In this document: positions 38,289 to 49,499 of the stretch, piece by piece | How the letters are laid out: the number at the start of each line of letters is the position of its first letter | Position numbering within the stretch: position 1 is the stretch's first letter | DNA from: an uncultured Planctomycetales bacterium | Lineage (GTDB): Bacteria; Omnitrophota; Gorgyraeia; Zapsychrales; Fredricksoniimonadaceae | Assembly: GCA_964572155.1 (NCBI GenBank) | Contig: CAZNDZ010000002.1 | Coordinates: 19,089-83,088, forward strand | Direction of reading: 5' to 3' | Length of the DNA: 64,000 bases | Position numbers and translations under genes: made by a program | Notes under the pieces: generated by a model | Told to the model about the DNA's origin: nothing | Seen by the model: only the letters and a program-made list of their open reading frames with translations | The model's database searches: none

Positions 38289-39664
38289 TGACACTTGAAA
38301 TCATCACAAATTTAGCCTATATCGTCAGCGCTGCCCTTTTTACCATGGGTATTAAAAATTTAGGTTCACCTGTCACTGCTCGCAAAGGCAACATGATGTC
38401 TGCTTTAGGGATGTTGATTGCTATCATTGCTACATTAGTTGGCAGCCATATCATCAGTTTCCAATGGATCCTTATCGGTGTGATAATAGGTGGGGCTTTG
38501 GGGGCTTTAGTTGCTTATAAAGCAGCCATGACTCAAATGCCAGAAATGATTGCTCTCCTTCATGGTTGTGGCGCATTAGCATCTGTATTTGTTGATTGGG
38601 GTGCCTATCATGTGCATGGTGCCCACGATATGGTAGAAAGACTAGCCATTTATTTATCTATCGTTATTGGTGGTTTAACCTTTACCGGAAGCATCATTGC
38701 CTGGGGTAAATTAAGTGAACGTATGCCAGGTAAACCTATTCTCTTTGCGGGTCAGCGTCTCATTAACTTAACTGTAATTGCTGCGATCTTTGTTTTAGGT
38801 GTTATTTTCTTTATGGATCCCACCAATTACCCTGTTTTCCTTAGCATCATCGTTCTTTCTTTATTATTTGGTATTCTACTTGTTATCCCAATTGGCGGCG
38901 CAGATATGCCTGTTGTTATTTCGGTATTAAACAGCTATTCAGGTGTTGTAGCATGTACAACTGGGTTTGTTATTGATAATACCCTGCTCATCGTTGTTGG
39001 AGCTTTAGTCGGATCTAACGGTATCATTTTAAGTATCATCATGTGCAAAGCCATGAACCGTTCGATTGGCAATGTTATCTTTGGTGCTTTTAAGAAAGTA
39101 GAAAAGAAAGCTGCGGCGGGTGAAAAGAAAGAATCGAAAGCCATTAGCGTAGAAGATGCCTTCTTAGTTTTAGAAAACGCCAAGTCGGTCGTTGTTATTC
39201 CAGGTTATGGTTTGGCCGTTGCTCAAGCACAACACGCGGTGCGTGAACTTGGTGAATTCCTCGAGAAAAATGGCTGTGATGTGAAATATGCCATTCACCC
39301 CGTTGCTGGCCGTATGCCTGGTCACATGAATGTTCTCCTCGCAGAAGCCAACATTTCCTACGATCAATTGATGGAAATGGATGCGATCAACCCCCTCATG
39401 GAAAGCACGGATGTTGCCATCATCATTGGTGCCAACGACGTTGTCAATCCTGCTTCTCGCCATGACAAATCAAGCCCCATCTATGGGATGCCAATCATCA
39501 ACGCCGATAAAGCCAAGACGGTGTTTGTGCTTAAGCGCTCCATGGCCACAGGTTTTGCAGGCATTGAAAATGAATTATTCTACTATGACAATTGCCGGAT
39601 GATTTTTGGCGATGCCAAGCAAACCGTCCAAGCGTTAGTTGCGGAATTCAAAAGCGGTCATTGA
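38288..39664 (+). CDS. pntB: NAD(P) transhydrogenase subunit beta
   Basis: Polytopic N-terminus plus C-terminal dIII NADP(H)-binding domain (VVVIPGYGLAVAQAQH...GANDVVNPA). Confidence 0.9.
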   Translation: MTLEIITNLAYIVSAALFTMGIKNLGSPVTARKGNMMSALGMLIAIIATLVGSHIISFQWILIGVIIGGALGALVAYKAAMTQMPEMIALLHGCGALASVFVDWGAYHVHGAHDMVERLAIYLSIVIGGLTFTGSIIAWGKLSERMPGKPILFAGQRLINLTVIAAIFVLGVIFFMDPTNYPVFLSIIVLSLLFGILLVIPIGGADMPVVISVLNSYSGVVACTTGFVIDNTLLIVVGALVGSNGIILSIIMCKAMNRSIGNVIFGAFKKVEKKAAAGEKKESKAISVEDAFLVLENAKSVVVIPGYGLAVAQAQHAVRELGEFLEKNGCDVKYAIHPVAGRMPGHMNVLLAEANISYDQLMEMDAINPLMESTDVAIIIGANDVVNPASRHDKSSPIYGMPIINADKAKTVFVLKRSMATGFAGIENELFYYDNCRMIFGDAKQTVQALVAEFKSGH

Positions 39665-39666
39665 TC

Positions 39667-40377
39667 TTATTTAAGATGATCGTGCAATGATTGGGCGGCG
39701 CTTATTAAGCGAGATACTTTTAGAAGATCTAAAGGTTTGTTACTGACTTTATCCGCAGCAATATTGACATCAGAGAAAATCAACACACCCCCCTTAGCAT
39801 CAAGGCAAACACCCGGTTTTGAAGAAAACACGGAAGCAAATGCATCTTTGATCGACGCTATCTGAGATGTTTGGGCTGGATCCACGTAAACACGAAACTT
39901 ATCACTTAAACCTAGCACTGACGCATCTATTTTTTTAACATCAGGAAAATCAAAACCAGCTGATAGCGTATCAAAAAGTTTTGTTAAAAATTCAGGGCCT
40001 TGGGGAACACTGTCAATTGTCAAGCGGGGCACATTTAACTTTTTAGAAACCATACAAACCAATAAAGCTTCAACACCCCGCGCACGGCCACTACCACTTG
40101 CAAAGCGGTAATCACAAAAAAATAAATCATAATCTTGTGAAGTAGATTTTTGGTATAAATTCATCAACAAACGATTGCCTTGATGACGGGTATTGGCAAT
40201 TAATAAATATTTAGCGACATGATCTTTGGTGGTTTTATCAAGGCAAGGATTAAAACCTAAACTCTTTAAATCAGCGGTTAATTTCTCGTTTGCTTTCTTA
40301 GCACTCAAGAAAGTTAAATAAATAAAGAAGCTAACAAATGACACAAATGCCACAATTGCAATTAATGCTGGGTTCAT
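39667..40377 (-). CDS. Hypothetical membrane-anchored protein (N-terminal TM, 236 aa)
   Basis: TM ALIAIVAFVSFVSFFIYLTFL. No recognisable catalytic motif. 14-bp spacing to the upstream PilZ gene. Confidence 0.4.
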   Translation of the reverse strand: MNPALIAIVAFVSFVSFFIYLTFLSAKKANEKLTADLKSLGFNPCLDKTTKDHVAKYLLIANTRHQGNRLLMNLYQKSTSQDYDLFFCDYRFASGSGRARGVEALLVCMVSKKLNVPRLTIDSVPQGPEFLTKLFDTLSAGFDFPDVKKIDASVLGLSDKFRVYVDPAQTSQIASIKDAFASVFSSKPGVCLDAKGGVLIFSDVNIAADKVSNKPLDLLKVSRLISAAQSLHDHLK

Positions 40378-40391
40378 CGAGTTTCCTTTGA

Positions 40392-40766
40392 TTAATCGTT
40401 AATGCGATGTAAGGATTTTGCAGCGCGTTTCTTGATTTTTAAGTCGACATATTTAACGCCAACTTGAAAATTACCACCTTTGGTCTTTATAACACGCATG
40501 ACTTTTGCAAAGCCGTTGAAAATTTCTAAAACACCAGACATCACCACTTGCAATTCCACAATATCGCCAACACTGTAGGCAGATGCACTGCCAAACAAAG
40601 CGCCACTTAGTGACATATTCTCCGTCATGGATAATTGCCACATTGAGTCGGCATCTAATTTCTTTTCTTTGTGTTGAACAAGGCGATGACGCACGGTAAT
40701 GATGCGCTTAGCCCTTATGCTATCGCGGCGTTCATCATATAAATGTCCGTTACCTACAGCTGTCAT
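40392..40766 (-). CDS. PilZ-domain protein (putative c-di-GMP receptor)
   Basis: RxxxR (R14-DSI-R18) and D/NxSxxG (N50-M-S-L-S-G55) motifs 32 residues apart. 124 aa single-domain. Confidence 0.6.
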   Translation of the reverse strand: MTAVGNGHLYDERRDSIRAKRIITVRHRLVQHKEKKLDADSMWQLSMTENMSLSGALFGSASAYSVGDIVELQVVMSGVLEIFNGFAKVMRVIKTKGGNFQVGVKYVDLKIKKRAAKSLHRIND

Positions 40767-42157
40767 AATTTTGGTGAGATCATCTCTTTGGGTTGAACAA
40801 GCTGATCGAATTTCTCTGCTGTTAATAAGTTTAATGCCACAGCTGCTTCTTTTAAAGTAATGTTTTCTTTAAATGCTTTCTTAGCAACTTTCGCGGCATT
40901 GTCATAACCAATGTGTGGATTAAGAGCAGTGACAAGCATTAACGAGTTTTCTAAATATTTCTTAATATTTTCACGCTGTGCCTCAATGCCAACGACGCAA
41001 TTATCTGTGAAACTTTCACATGCATCTGACAACAAGCGGATGGAATTTAACACGTTAAACACAATAACCGGTTTATAGACATTGAGTTCAAAATTACCAC
41101 TCGCCCCAGCAAAAGTCACGGCGGTATTATTGCCAAACACTTGCACACACACCATGGTCATGGCTTCGCATTGGGTTGGATTAACTTTACCAGGCATGAT
41201 TGAACTTCCCGGTTCATTTTCAGGTAAATGCAATTCCGCAATACCAGCACGTGGTCCCGACGCTAACCAACGCACATCGTTAGCAATCTTCATTAACGAT
41301 GCAGCCAATGTATTTAAAGCACCACTAAATTCAACCAAGGCATCATGCGACGCTAACGCTTCAAATTTATTACGGGCCGTCTTAAACGGTTTACCTGTAA
41401 TCTCAGAAATCTTTTCTGCAGACTTAACCGCAAATCCTGGATGTGTATTTAAGCCTGTACCAACCGCGGTGCCACCAAGTGCTAATTCATACACATGTGG
41501 TAAGGCTGCGTTGATGCGCTCTAAGGTATTATCTAATTGTTGTACATAGCCAGAAATTTCTTGGCCTAAGGTGATGGGTGTTGCATCCATCAAATGGGTG
41601 CGACCAATTTTAATGATATCTTTAAATTCATCCCCTTTGGCTTGCAGGGCATCGCGCAATTTCTTAACCATGGGGATTAATCGACGGTGTGTTTCTTCAA
41701 CAACGGCAATGTGCATGGCAGTTGGGAAAGTGTCATTAGATGATTGGGCTTTGTTAACATCATCATTGGGATGTACCGGTTTTTTACTACCAATCACACC
41801 ACCAGATATCTCAATGGCACGATTTGAAATAACTTCATTAATATTCATGTTGGTTTGCGTGCCAGAACCTGTTTGCCAAACCACTAACGGAAAATGTGCG
41901 TCTAATTTTCCTGCGATGACTTCATCAGCGGCCTTAACAATTAAATCAGCCTTTTCCTGAGACAAAATACCAAGGTCTTTATTTGCTAAAGCAGCAGCTT
42001 TTTTTAATATACCTAAAGCGCGGATCATTTCTTTTGGAAAGCGATCGCCACCAATTTTGAAATTTTCTAAAGAACGTTGGGTCTGTGCACCCCAATAAAC
42101 ATTGGATGCAACATTAACTTCGCCCATGCTATCTGTTTCAATGCGATAATCTGCCAT
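40763..42157 (-). CDS. fumC: Class II fumarate hydratase
   Basis: [14 protein letters not shown] start, [31 protein letters not shown] signature. Start moved to the internal ATG at 42157 (the track ORF extends 14 codons upstream, overlapping the SPFH gene). Confidence 0.85.
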   Translation of the reverse strand: MADYRIETDSMGEVNVASNVYWGAQTQRSLENFKIGGDRFPKEMIRALGILKKAAALANKDLGILSQEKADLIVKAADEVIAGKLDAHFPLVVWQTGSGTQTNMNINEVISNRAIEISGGVIGSKKPVHPNDDVNKAQSSNDTFPTAMHIAVVEETHRRLIPMVKKLRDALQAKGDEFKDIIKIGRTHLMDATPITLGQEISGYVQQLDNTLERINAALPHVYELALGGTAVGTGLNTHPGFAVKSAEKISEITGKPFKTARNKFEALASHDALVEFSGALNTLAASLMKIANDVRWLASGPRAGIAELHLPENEPGSSIMPGKVNPTQCEAMTMVCVQVFGNNTAVTFAGASGNFELNVYKPVIVFNVLNSIRLLSDACESFTDNCVVGIEAQRENIKKYLENSLMLVTALNPHIGYDNAAKVAKKAFKENITLKEAAVALNLLTAEKFDQLVQPKEMISPKL

Positions 42158-42158
42158 A

Positions 42159-43010
42159 TTATTTAATTGGCGCAACCCCTGCCAAATCTCCAATGACATT
42201 GGTTAAATCAGAACCTGCGGGTACAACAATTTTTGTATTTGTTGCCAATGATTTTTCAACAGCTTCTAGACGACGTAATAATTGAGCATTACCGATGAAA
42301 TACTTATTTGCAGCCTCATTAACGAGTTGAATGGCTTGCGCTTCACCTTCAGCCTCAAGAATACGCGCCTGCTTGATGCCTTCGGCTTTTTTAATCTCTG
42401 CTCGTTTTTGACCATCAGCAACAGTTTCCGTCGCGGTTGCAAAATCGATGGCTGAAATTTTTTCATTTTCCGCTTTAACAACTTTATTCATGGTTTCTTG
42501 AACATCTTTAGGTGGATCAATTTCTTTAAGCTCTGTACGAACAATCTCTAGCCCCCAATTTGCTGTCTCGCGCATGAGGATTGTGTATAAATCCGCATTA
42601 ATGCGTCCGCGTTCACTATTGGCTGACTTTAAGGTCATGGTCCCGATGATATTACGCAACGTGGTGCGGGCTAAATTGACAATTTGCCATTGGTAATTGC
42701 CGACATTATACTGACAATTCTTAACGCTTTGCTCGTCGGTTTTAACCTTAAAATACACCTGCGCATCCACTTTGGCATTTAAATTATCATTGGTGATGAT
42801 TTCTTGTGGTTCAGCATCAACCATTTGTTCGGTGACATTAACCAAATACATATTTTCAACCAAGGGAATCACCCAGTTAAAACCTGGGACGGCAAAACGA
42901 TTGTATTTACCAAAGCGTTCAACCAAACCACGATGCGTTGGACGTACAATGCGAATCCCAAAGATAAAAATAAAAATTGCTGCTATGACGACAATACCCA
43001 AATATTCCAT
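42159..43010 (-). CDS. SPFH/band-7 (stomatin/HflC-like) protein
   Basis: N-terminal TM, SPFH core ([16 protein letters not shown]...), C-terminal coiled coil. Confidence 0.8.
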   Translation of the reverse strand: MEYLGIVVIAAIFIFIFGIRIVRPTHRGLVERFGKYNRFAVPGFNWVIPLVENMYLVNVTEQMVDAEPQEIITNDNLNAKVDAQVYFKVKTDEQSVKNCQYNVGNYQWQIVNLARTTLRNIIGTMTLKSANSERGRINADLYTILMRETANWGLEIVRTELKEIDPPKDVQETMNKVVKAENEKISAIDFATATETVADGQKRAEIKKAEGIKQARILEAEGEAQAIQLVNEAANKYFIGNAQLLRRLEAVEKSLATNTKIVVPAGSDLTNVIGDLAGVAPIK

Positions 43011-43020
43011 ATATTACTCC

Positions 43021-44406
43021 CTATTTTAACAAATAATTCGTCAGCAAACGTACACCTGCACCTGTTGCACCATGGCCATAATAGAAACGACCACTGCCAT
43101 CCACGTACGCACTTCCTGCAATATCCAAATGCGCCCATGTGGTCCCGTTGGTAAATTGATGCAAGAACTCCGCTGCTGTGCTTGCCCCACCGCCGCGCAC
43201 ATTGCTGGTATTTTTTAAATCAGCAATTGGCGACTTGATATATTCTTTCATTTCAGGATAAATCGGCAAATGCCACGCACGATCATCGGTTTCGATTGAC
43301 AACTTGGACAACTCACTGGCTAAGTCATCATTATTAGAAAACAAACCAGAATAATCAAAACCTAAAGCTACAACACAAGCACCGGTTAAGGTGGCCATGT
43401 CGATCATGATTTCAGGTTTATAGTTTTTAACAACATACGCAAACGCATCAGCCAAGACCAAACGGCCTTCAGCGTCAGTGTTTCCAATCTCAACACTTTT
43501 ACCAGCATAACCTGTATACACATCACCTGGCTTATAGGCCAATGAACCAATTGCATTTTCAGCAATACCTAAAACGAATAATAGATTCTTCTTAATCCCT
43601 AATGCGATCGTGTTCTTTAAAATACCACATACAGCACCAGCGCCAGACATGTCAATCTTCATCGTTTCCATGCTGCCCGTTGGCTTGATGTTTAAACCAC
43701 CGGTGTCATAGGTCATGCCTTTGCCGATGATGGCGGTATATTTATCGCTGCTTTTGCCACCTGCATATTTGACGATGATAAGCTTAGGTTCTTTTGGACT
43801 TGCTTGATTAACGGCCAAATGCAAATTCAAGCCCTTGGCTTTCATTTCTTTTTTATTTAAGATTTCTAAACTGATGTTCTTTTTACCCTTAACCAAATCT
43901 TTGACGGTTTTTTCTAAGAATTCCGACGTGACCGTGTCGGCATTGTCATTGATCAAATCACGGGTTAAATTAACACCTTGGCAAATTGTCACTGCATTAT
44001 CAAATGCAGCTTTGCGTTCGGCAATGATGGTAATGTCTTTAACCTTAATACTCTTATCATCTTCTGGTTTAGATTTATATTTATCCCAAACATACGTCCC
44101 AATCAAGGCGCCTTCAATGATGGCAATGATGGAACGTTCATCTTTTGTGTGAGGAATTAATTCAACGTCTTTGACATTCTTTAAAATTCCCGACATCAAC
44201 GCCTTACGCACTTCGATGCGCAATGCTGTTAACGTTAAGGCTTTTTCTTTACCGAGACCAACAAAGACATAGGTGGTTTTCCCGTCGATCACTGGAAAAA
44301 TTTCACCCTTATCTAAATCACGCTTTAACAAGGCATGTTTTTGATCTTTGGATAATAAAACAATGACAGCTGACTTTAATGATGCTTTGCTTGCAAATGA
44401 AATCAC
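43021..44406 (-). CDS. pepA: Leucyl aminopeptidase (M17)
   Basis: NTDAEGRLVLADA signature and DMATLTGA. Confidence 0.85.
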   Translation of the reverse strand: MISFASKASLKSAVIVLLSKDQKHALLKRDLDKGEIFPVIDGKTTYVFVGLGKEKALTLTALRIEVRKALMSGILKNVKDVELIPHTKDERSIIAIIEGALIGTYVWDKYKSKPEDDKSIKVKDITIIAERKAAFDNAVTICQGVNLTRDLINDNADTVTSEFLEKTVKDLVKGKKNISLEILNKKEMKAKGLNLHLAVNQASPKEPKLIIVKYAGGKSSDKYTAIIGKGMTYDTGGLNIKPTGSMETMKIDMSGAGAVCGILKNTIALGIKKNLLFVLGIAENAIGSLAYKPGDVYTGYAGKSVEIGNTDAEGRLVLADAFAYVVKNYKPEIMIDMATLTGACVVALGFDYSGLFSNNDDLASELSKLSIETDDRAWHLPIYPEMKEYIKSPIADLKNTSNVRGGGASTAAEFLHQFTNGTTWAHLDIAGSAYVDGSGRFYYGHGATGAGVRLLTNYLLK

Positions 44407-44426
44407 AACGAACCTCTTTCTATTTT

Positions 44427-45716
44427 CTAACGCTGATCTATGGGCACGTAATCACGTGTGGTTGCCCCAGTGTAAATTTGAAATGGTCTGCCGATCTTTG
44501 TCGTTGGATCTTCGATCATTTCTTTCCAATGCGCAATCCAACCTGGCATACGACCAATGGCAAACATAACAGGAAACATTTTGAGTGGAATACCTAAGGC
44601 ACGTAAAATAATACCGCTGTAAAAATCGACGTTTGGATATAACTTGCGATCAATGAAATATTGATCTTTAAGAGCAGCCTCTTCTAAACGTTTGGCAATG
44701 TCTAATAATGGGTCATTGATCCCTAATTTACCAAATAATTCATCGGCTTTTAGCTTAATGAGTTTGGCGCGTGGATCAAAGTTCTTATACACACGATGAC
44801 CAAAACCCATTAAACGAAACTTGCTGGTTTTATCTTTAGCAAGATCGACAAACTTTTGAACATCGCCGCCATCCGCTTGAATTTCCTGTAACATTTCAAT
44901 AACGGCTTGATTTGCACCGCCATGTAGCGGTCCCCACAAGGCACAAATACCGGCAGAGATGGATGCGTATAAATTCGCATGAGAACTACCCACCAAACGT
45001 ACCGTTGAGGTGGAACAATTTTGTTCATGATCAGCGTGCAAGATAAAAATAACACGCAACGCTTCCACAGCTTCGGGGATTAATCGATATGGACTTGTAG
45101 GCGATGAAAACATCATGTTCATAAAATTAGGCACATACATCAAATCATGGCGGGGATAAACAAATGGTTCGCCAATGGATTTTTTATATGAGAACGCACA
45201 TATGGTACGCACCTTTGATAACAATTGAACTGCAATGCGATCAATGTCGGCTTTTGTAGGATTTTCTTTCACCATGTCAGGATAATATGCGGACATCGAA
45301 CAAACCATGGCAGATAAAATCCCCATCGGATGTGCGCTTGACGGGAACGCATCAAAAAAGTTCTTCATGTCTTCATGAATCATGGAATGTTCATTAAATG
45401 CCGCGGAAAAGCCTTCTAATTCTTGTTTGTTAGGAAGCTTGCCATGAATCAGAAGATACGATGTTTCAACAAAGGTGGATTTCTCGGCGAGTTGTTCAAT
45501 TGGGTAACCGCGATAACGCAAGATACCTTTATCACCATCGAGATATGTGATGGCACTTTTGCAAGAACCTGTATTACCAAAACCTGGATCTAATGTGATA
45601 TAGCCCGTCGTACTGCGCAATTTGGCAATATCAATAGCCTTTTCACCTTCTGAGCCAACGATAACCGGACAATCAAGCTGCTTACCTTCAATATTTATTA
45701 AAATATTGTCTGCCAT
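44427..45716 (-). CDS. gltA: Citrate synthase (type II)
   Basis: GFGHRVYK, length and overall pattern match citrate synthase. ATG verified; SD GGGAGG present. Confidence 0.9.
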   Translation of the reverse strand: MADNILINIEGKQLDCPVIVGSEGEKAIDIAKLRSTTGYITLDPGFGNTGSCKSAITYLDGDKGILRYRGYPIEQLAEKSTFVETSYLLIHGKLPNKQELEGFSAAFNEHSMIHEDMKNFFDAFPSSAHPMGILSAMVCSMSAYYPDMVKENPTKADIDRIAVQLLSKVRTICAFSYKKSIGEPFVYPRHDLMYVPNFMNMMFSSPTSPYRLIPEAVEALRVIFILHADHEQNCSTSTVRLVGSSHANLYASISAGICALWGPLHGGANQAVIEMLQEIQADGGDVQKFVDLAKDKTSKFRLMGFGHRVYKNFDPRAKLIKLKADELFGKLGINDPLLDIAKRLEEAALKDQYFIDRKLYPNVDFYSGIILRALGIPLKMFPVMFAIGRMPGWIAHWKEMIEDPTTKIGRPFQIYTGATTRDYVPIDQR

Positions 45717-45748
45717 GTTGCTTTGCCTCCCTTAGGGTTGTCGTTTGC

Positions 45749-45777
45749 ATTATAGTACTATTGATATGACGTGTAAA
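45749..45777 (-). promoter_or_regulatory. gltA promoter TTTACA-N17-TATAAT, embedded in the 3' end of the upstream HD-GYP gene
   Basis: Read on the minus strand: -35 at 45777-45772, -10 at 45754-45749. About 26-nt leader to the ATG at 45716. Confidence 0.45.
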
Positions 45778-46813
45778 TCGCCTCAATATCTTTCTTAGAA
45801 TCCATAAAAGCTTCAACTAACCTTGGATCAAAATGTGTACCGCTTAATCGTTTGATTTCTGCAAAAGCTTCTTCCATGCTCCACGGTTGTTTATACGGAC
45901 GGTCCGATGTTAACGCATCAAAGACATCTGCCACGGCCGCAATACGACCAACCAAAGGAATACCATCTTGCTTTAGAGCATTGGGATAACCAGATCCATC
46001 AAATTTTTCGTGATGTGATAAAGCAATTGTTTCTGCCATCTTTAAAAACGCAGAGTTGCTGCCCTGTAACATTTGCGCACCCCAAATGGTGTGCTTCTTC
46101 ATGACTTCAAATTCTGCTGGATCAAGGCGACCAGGTTTAAGTAAGATAGCGTCAGGAACAGCAACTTTTCCAATATCATGTAAGACAACCGTATTTAAAA
46201 TTAATTCGCATTGACCAAGGCTTAATCCTAAAGCTTTCGATAAAACATGGGCATAACGGCTCATGCGATTGATATGAACACCGGTGTGCTCGTCGCGAAA
46301 TTCAGCAACTTTCGCCAAACGCCAAACCACATCCATGCGTGTTTGATATAAATCTTTAGTGCGTTCTTTAACATTTTCTTCTAGGCTAACATTTTGACCG
46401 CGGATTTGATTGTATAATTTGCGGACCTCGATGAGATTGCGGCTGCGTAAAATAACATCCAAACGATCATATGGTTTTCTTAAGAAATCTTTAGCCCCTG
46501 CTTGAAACGCACGTGTGCGCAAAGACTCCTCTTGCTCTGCCGTGATCATAATGACCGGCAAATACCCTTCAGGATCCGTTGACTTAAATTGCTCCATAAC
46601 TTCAATGCCATTAAAGGTTGGCATTTTATAATCAAGCAAAACCAAATCAGGTTTTGTTTCTAAATACAATGATAATGCTTTGGATGCATCCGTAGTTAGG
46701 GTGAGATTTTGAAAACCAGCTTCATTTAAGATTTTTTTGAGGATTTGAACATTTAAGACATTGTCGTCAACGATGAGGATGTTAGCACTTAAGATTTGTT
46801 CTTCGCTTATCAT
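45758..46813 (-). CDS. Response regulator receiver + HD-GYP domain protein (putative c-di-GMP phosphodiesterase)
   Basis: REC with acceptor Asp (LVLLDYKMP); HD-GYP motifs HDIGKVAVPD and HHEKFDGSGYP. Confidence 0.8.
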   Translation of the reverse strand: MISEEQILSANILIVDDNVLNVQILKKILNEAGFQNLTLTTDASKALSLYLETKPDLVLLDYKMPTFNGIEVMEQFKSTDPEGYLPVIMITAEQEESLRTRAFQAGAKDFLRKPYDRLDVILRSRNLIEVRKLYNQIRGQNVSLEENVKERTKDLYQTRMDVVWRLAKVAEFRDEHTGVHINRMSRYAHVLSKALGLSLGQCELILNTVVLHDIGKVAVPDAILLKPGRLDPAEFEVMKKHTIWGAQMLQGSNSAFLKMAETIALSHHEKFDGSGYPNALKQDGIPLVGRIAAVADVFDALTSDRPYKQPWSMEEAFAEIKRLSGTHFDPRLVEAFMDSKKDIEAIYTSYQ

Positions 46814-46815
46814 AA

Positions 46816-48609
46816 TTAAATCATATATTCTGGGTCTAAAACTAATGCTTTGGTTAAAAGAGTAACGATTTCTTTGATAGCCTTATCGGAATCCATATTT
46901 TCTTCAAGGGTTAGGTCAACATTAGCACTGTCTAAACGATCATCGCCCATATTAACAACAAAGGTGCGATTGGGCATATTGAGCGTCTTTAACATTTTAA
47001 GTTCTGGATCATCGATGTCGGTCACACTGGTGATCATAATCAACCCTGCGTCCGTCATCAAATGCGCTAATTCACCCAATTGTACTAGCATTGCGTATTT
47101 TCCCAAAGTCTTATCTTGAGAATCTGACGCAGCTAAGCTCAAACGATTTGAAATGCCTAAGAAATAAACGTTCTTGCCTAAATTAAATAAAGCTTCTTCC
47201 AAAGCTTTAGCGATACGTTGTTTACCCGTATCAATTTTTCCAGCAATTAAAATCAAGGCGCTTTTATGTTCATATTTTTTCGCGCGTAAATCTGGGGTGA
47301 TATGTGAGCGTTCCCATGAAAATTCACGTTTCTTAATGTGCGTGCTTAAGGCATTCTCATTATCAAACACCGGCGCTAAAATGATACCCCCACCGGCAAT
47401 TTCATATTGATCAACAATGACAAAACGACCAGTTGCCGCCACATCCCCAACTAAATCAAACGCCACAGGTTTAGCTGTTTCAAAAATACATTCACCCACT
47501 TCATGACGCGCCACATGATCTTTTTTTACAGACACTAAATCAGAGGCATTAAGCACATGAATGATTTCACTTAATATCACAGGAACTTGTTGCGTCGCTA
47601 TTTTTAATTTATAGGTCTTACCTTGAACCAAAGCTTGTTTACCCATCCAAAATACGTTGGCTTTGAATTTATTGCTAACGCTAGGTTGCTTTTCAGCAGC
47701 CTTAACCATGACTTCACCTGGGCGAATATAAATTTCGGTGTCCATGGTAAATCCTGCAGACTGACCTGCGTATGCTTCACTACGTAAAGGGCCATTAAAA
47801 TATTCGACGGACTTGATGCGATTTTTCTTACCTGAGGGTAAAAAAACAATATCTTCGCCAACTTTAACCGTTCCCGTCTCAATACGCCCTACAACAATGC
47901 GACGCTCATCACCTTCTTCAGTAAACTTATAAATATCTTGAACAGGCATACGTAAAACTTGATGCTCAGCGGAAGGCTGCTTCTTAAACTTATCTAAGGC
48001 TTCTAAAATATTCTCTTCTTTATACCACGGCATCTTTGCGCTCTTATTGGCAATGTTATCACCGTGAAACGCAGCAACAGGGATAAAGAAATTGGGCTTC
48101 AAATCGATTTCATTTAAAAACTTGGTGTAATCGGCTTTGATTTGTTCAAATGTCTTCTGATCATAGTTGACCAAATCCATTTTATTAACACACACCGCTA
48201 AATTCTTAATCCCTAAGAAACGCATCATGTAACCATGACGCTTGGAATTTTCTTTAATGCCTTCGTGTGCGTCGATCACTAGCAAAGCGGCTTCTGCTCG
48301 AGCAGCACCAGAAATCATATTTTTTAAGAATTCGATATGGCCTGGTGCGTCAATGATGATGTAGTCACGCTTTTCAGATTTAAAAAAGGTGCGGGCGGTA
48401 TCGATCGTGATGCCTTGGGATTGTTCATCTTTAAGCGCATCAAGCAAAAAAGCATATTCAAAAGGTTTGGCATTACGTTGGCATTGTAATTTGACAGCTT
48501 CCAATTTACCGTCGGGTAATGACCCTGTATCTGCGAGCAATCGTCCAACCAACGTGCTTTTACCGTGGTCCACGTGTCCAACGATGACCACATTCATGGC
48601 TTCTCTCAC
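46816..48609 (-). CDS. cysN: Sulfate adenylyltransferase subunit 1 (GTPase) fused to a degenerate APS-kinase-like C-terminal domain
   Basis: [11 protein letters not shown]1 motif, DAPGH, NKMD. The C-terminal roughly 160 aa are APS-kinase-like ([11 protein letters not shown]) but the P-loop is AGKIDTGKQ and the DGDN motif is absent. Confidence 0.8.
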   Translation of the reverse strand: MREAMNVVIVGHVDHGKSTLVGRLLADTGSLPDGKLEAVKLQCQRNAKPFEYAFLLDALKDEQSQGITIDTARTFFKSEKRDYIIIDAPGHIEFLKNMISGAARAEAALLVIDAHEGIKENSKRHGYMMRFLGIKNLAVCVNKMDLVNYDQKTFEQIKADYTKFLNEIDLKPNFFIPVAAFHGDNIANKSAKMPWYKEENILEALDKFKKQPSAEHQVLRMPVQDIYKFTEEGDERRIVVGRIETGTVKVGEDIVFLPSGKKNRIKSVEYFNGPLRSEAYAGQSAGFTMDTEIYIRPGEVMVKAAEKQPSVSNKFKANVFWMGKQALVQGKTYKLKIATQQVPVILSEIIHVLNASDLVSVKKDHVARHEVGECIFETAKPVAFDLVGDVAATGRFVIVDQYEIAGGGIILAPVFDNENALSTHIKKREFSWERSHITPDLRAKKYEHKSALILIAGKIDTGKQRIAKALEEALFNLGKNVYFLGISNRLSLAASDSQDKTLGKYAMLVQLGELAHLMTDAGLIMITSVTDIDDPELKMLKTLNMPNRTFVVNMGDDRLDSANVDLTLEENMDSDKAIKEIVTLLTKALVLDPEYMI

Positions 48610-49499
48610 ATGTACCCCTCTTTACGTAATGTTTCAAGACCGCCGCCATCTTCCTTATCTTGGGCGCGGCCAGAACGTTCAGCTATATTTTTAAATTTAC
48701 CTTCACGCAATTCTTTGACTATATCCGCTACATTCTTCGCCGTTGAATCAACAGGCGTTGTGCAGGGATAACACCCTAAGGAACGATAGCGCTTGCCGGT
48801 GCCTTGATCAAAATATAAATCGGTGATCGGTATATTTTCACGTTGAATGTATTCCCAAATATTAAGCTCTGTCCAATCAAGCAACGGATGAATGCGAATA
48901 TGTGTTCCCGGAGCAAAATCAGTTTTAAATTGATTCCATAATTCAGGTGGTTGATCACCCACATCCCAGTCACTATTGCGATCGCGTGGAGAAAAATAAC
49001 GTTCTTTGGAACGACTACCTTCTTCATCCGCACGAGCCCCAACAATAACACCGGTATATGGTTCGGTATTGACATCAACATCGTACTGACCTGTTTTATG
49101 ATTAAGTCTTTTCCTAGGCCACGTTCCCGCCAATGTATGTTTTAATGCTTCACTTTTTAAGGCCTTGCAGCAAGAAATGCGATCAATAGCGCCGTCTGGA
49201 AATGTACGTTTATCTTTTAGTGCTTGCACGTTTTGACCAACGACCATGTTTAAATGAAATTTAAGTGCCAATTCATCGCGGTACTTGATCATGGCAGGGA
49301 TCTTATAACTGGTATCAATGTGCACCAATGGGAATGGCACGTGACCAAGGAAAGCTTTACGCGCTAACCATAACAATACCGTCGAGTCCTTACCGATAGA
49401 CCACAACATGACCAAAGATTTAAATTCACGGTAAGCTTCACGTAAAATATAAACGCTTTGGGATTCAAGAGCATCCAATTTATCTTGCATCTGACTCAT
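48606..49499 (-). CDS. cysD: Sulfate adenylyltransferase subunit 2
   Basis: [24 protein letters not shown]-loop (SGGKDS-type). Confidence 0.85.
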   Translation of the reverse strand: MSQMQDKLDALESQSVYILREAYREFKSLVMLWSIGKDSTVLLWLARKAFLGHVPFPLVHIDTSYKIPAMIKYRDELALKFHLNMVVGQNVQALKDKRTFPDGAIDRISCCKALKSEALKHTLAGTWPRKRLNHKTGQYDVDVNTEPYTGVIVGARADEEGSRSKERYFSPRDRNSDWDVGDQPPELWNQFKTDFAPGTHIRIHPLLDWTELNIWEYIQRENIPITDLYFDQGTGKRYRSLGCYPCTTPVDSTAKNVADIVKELREGKFKNIAERSGRAQDKEDGGGLETLRKEGYM

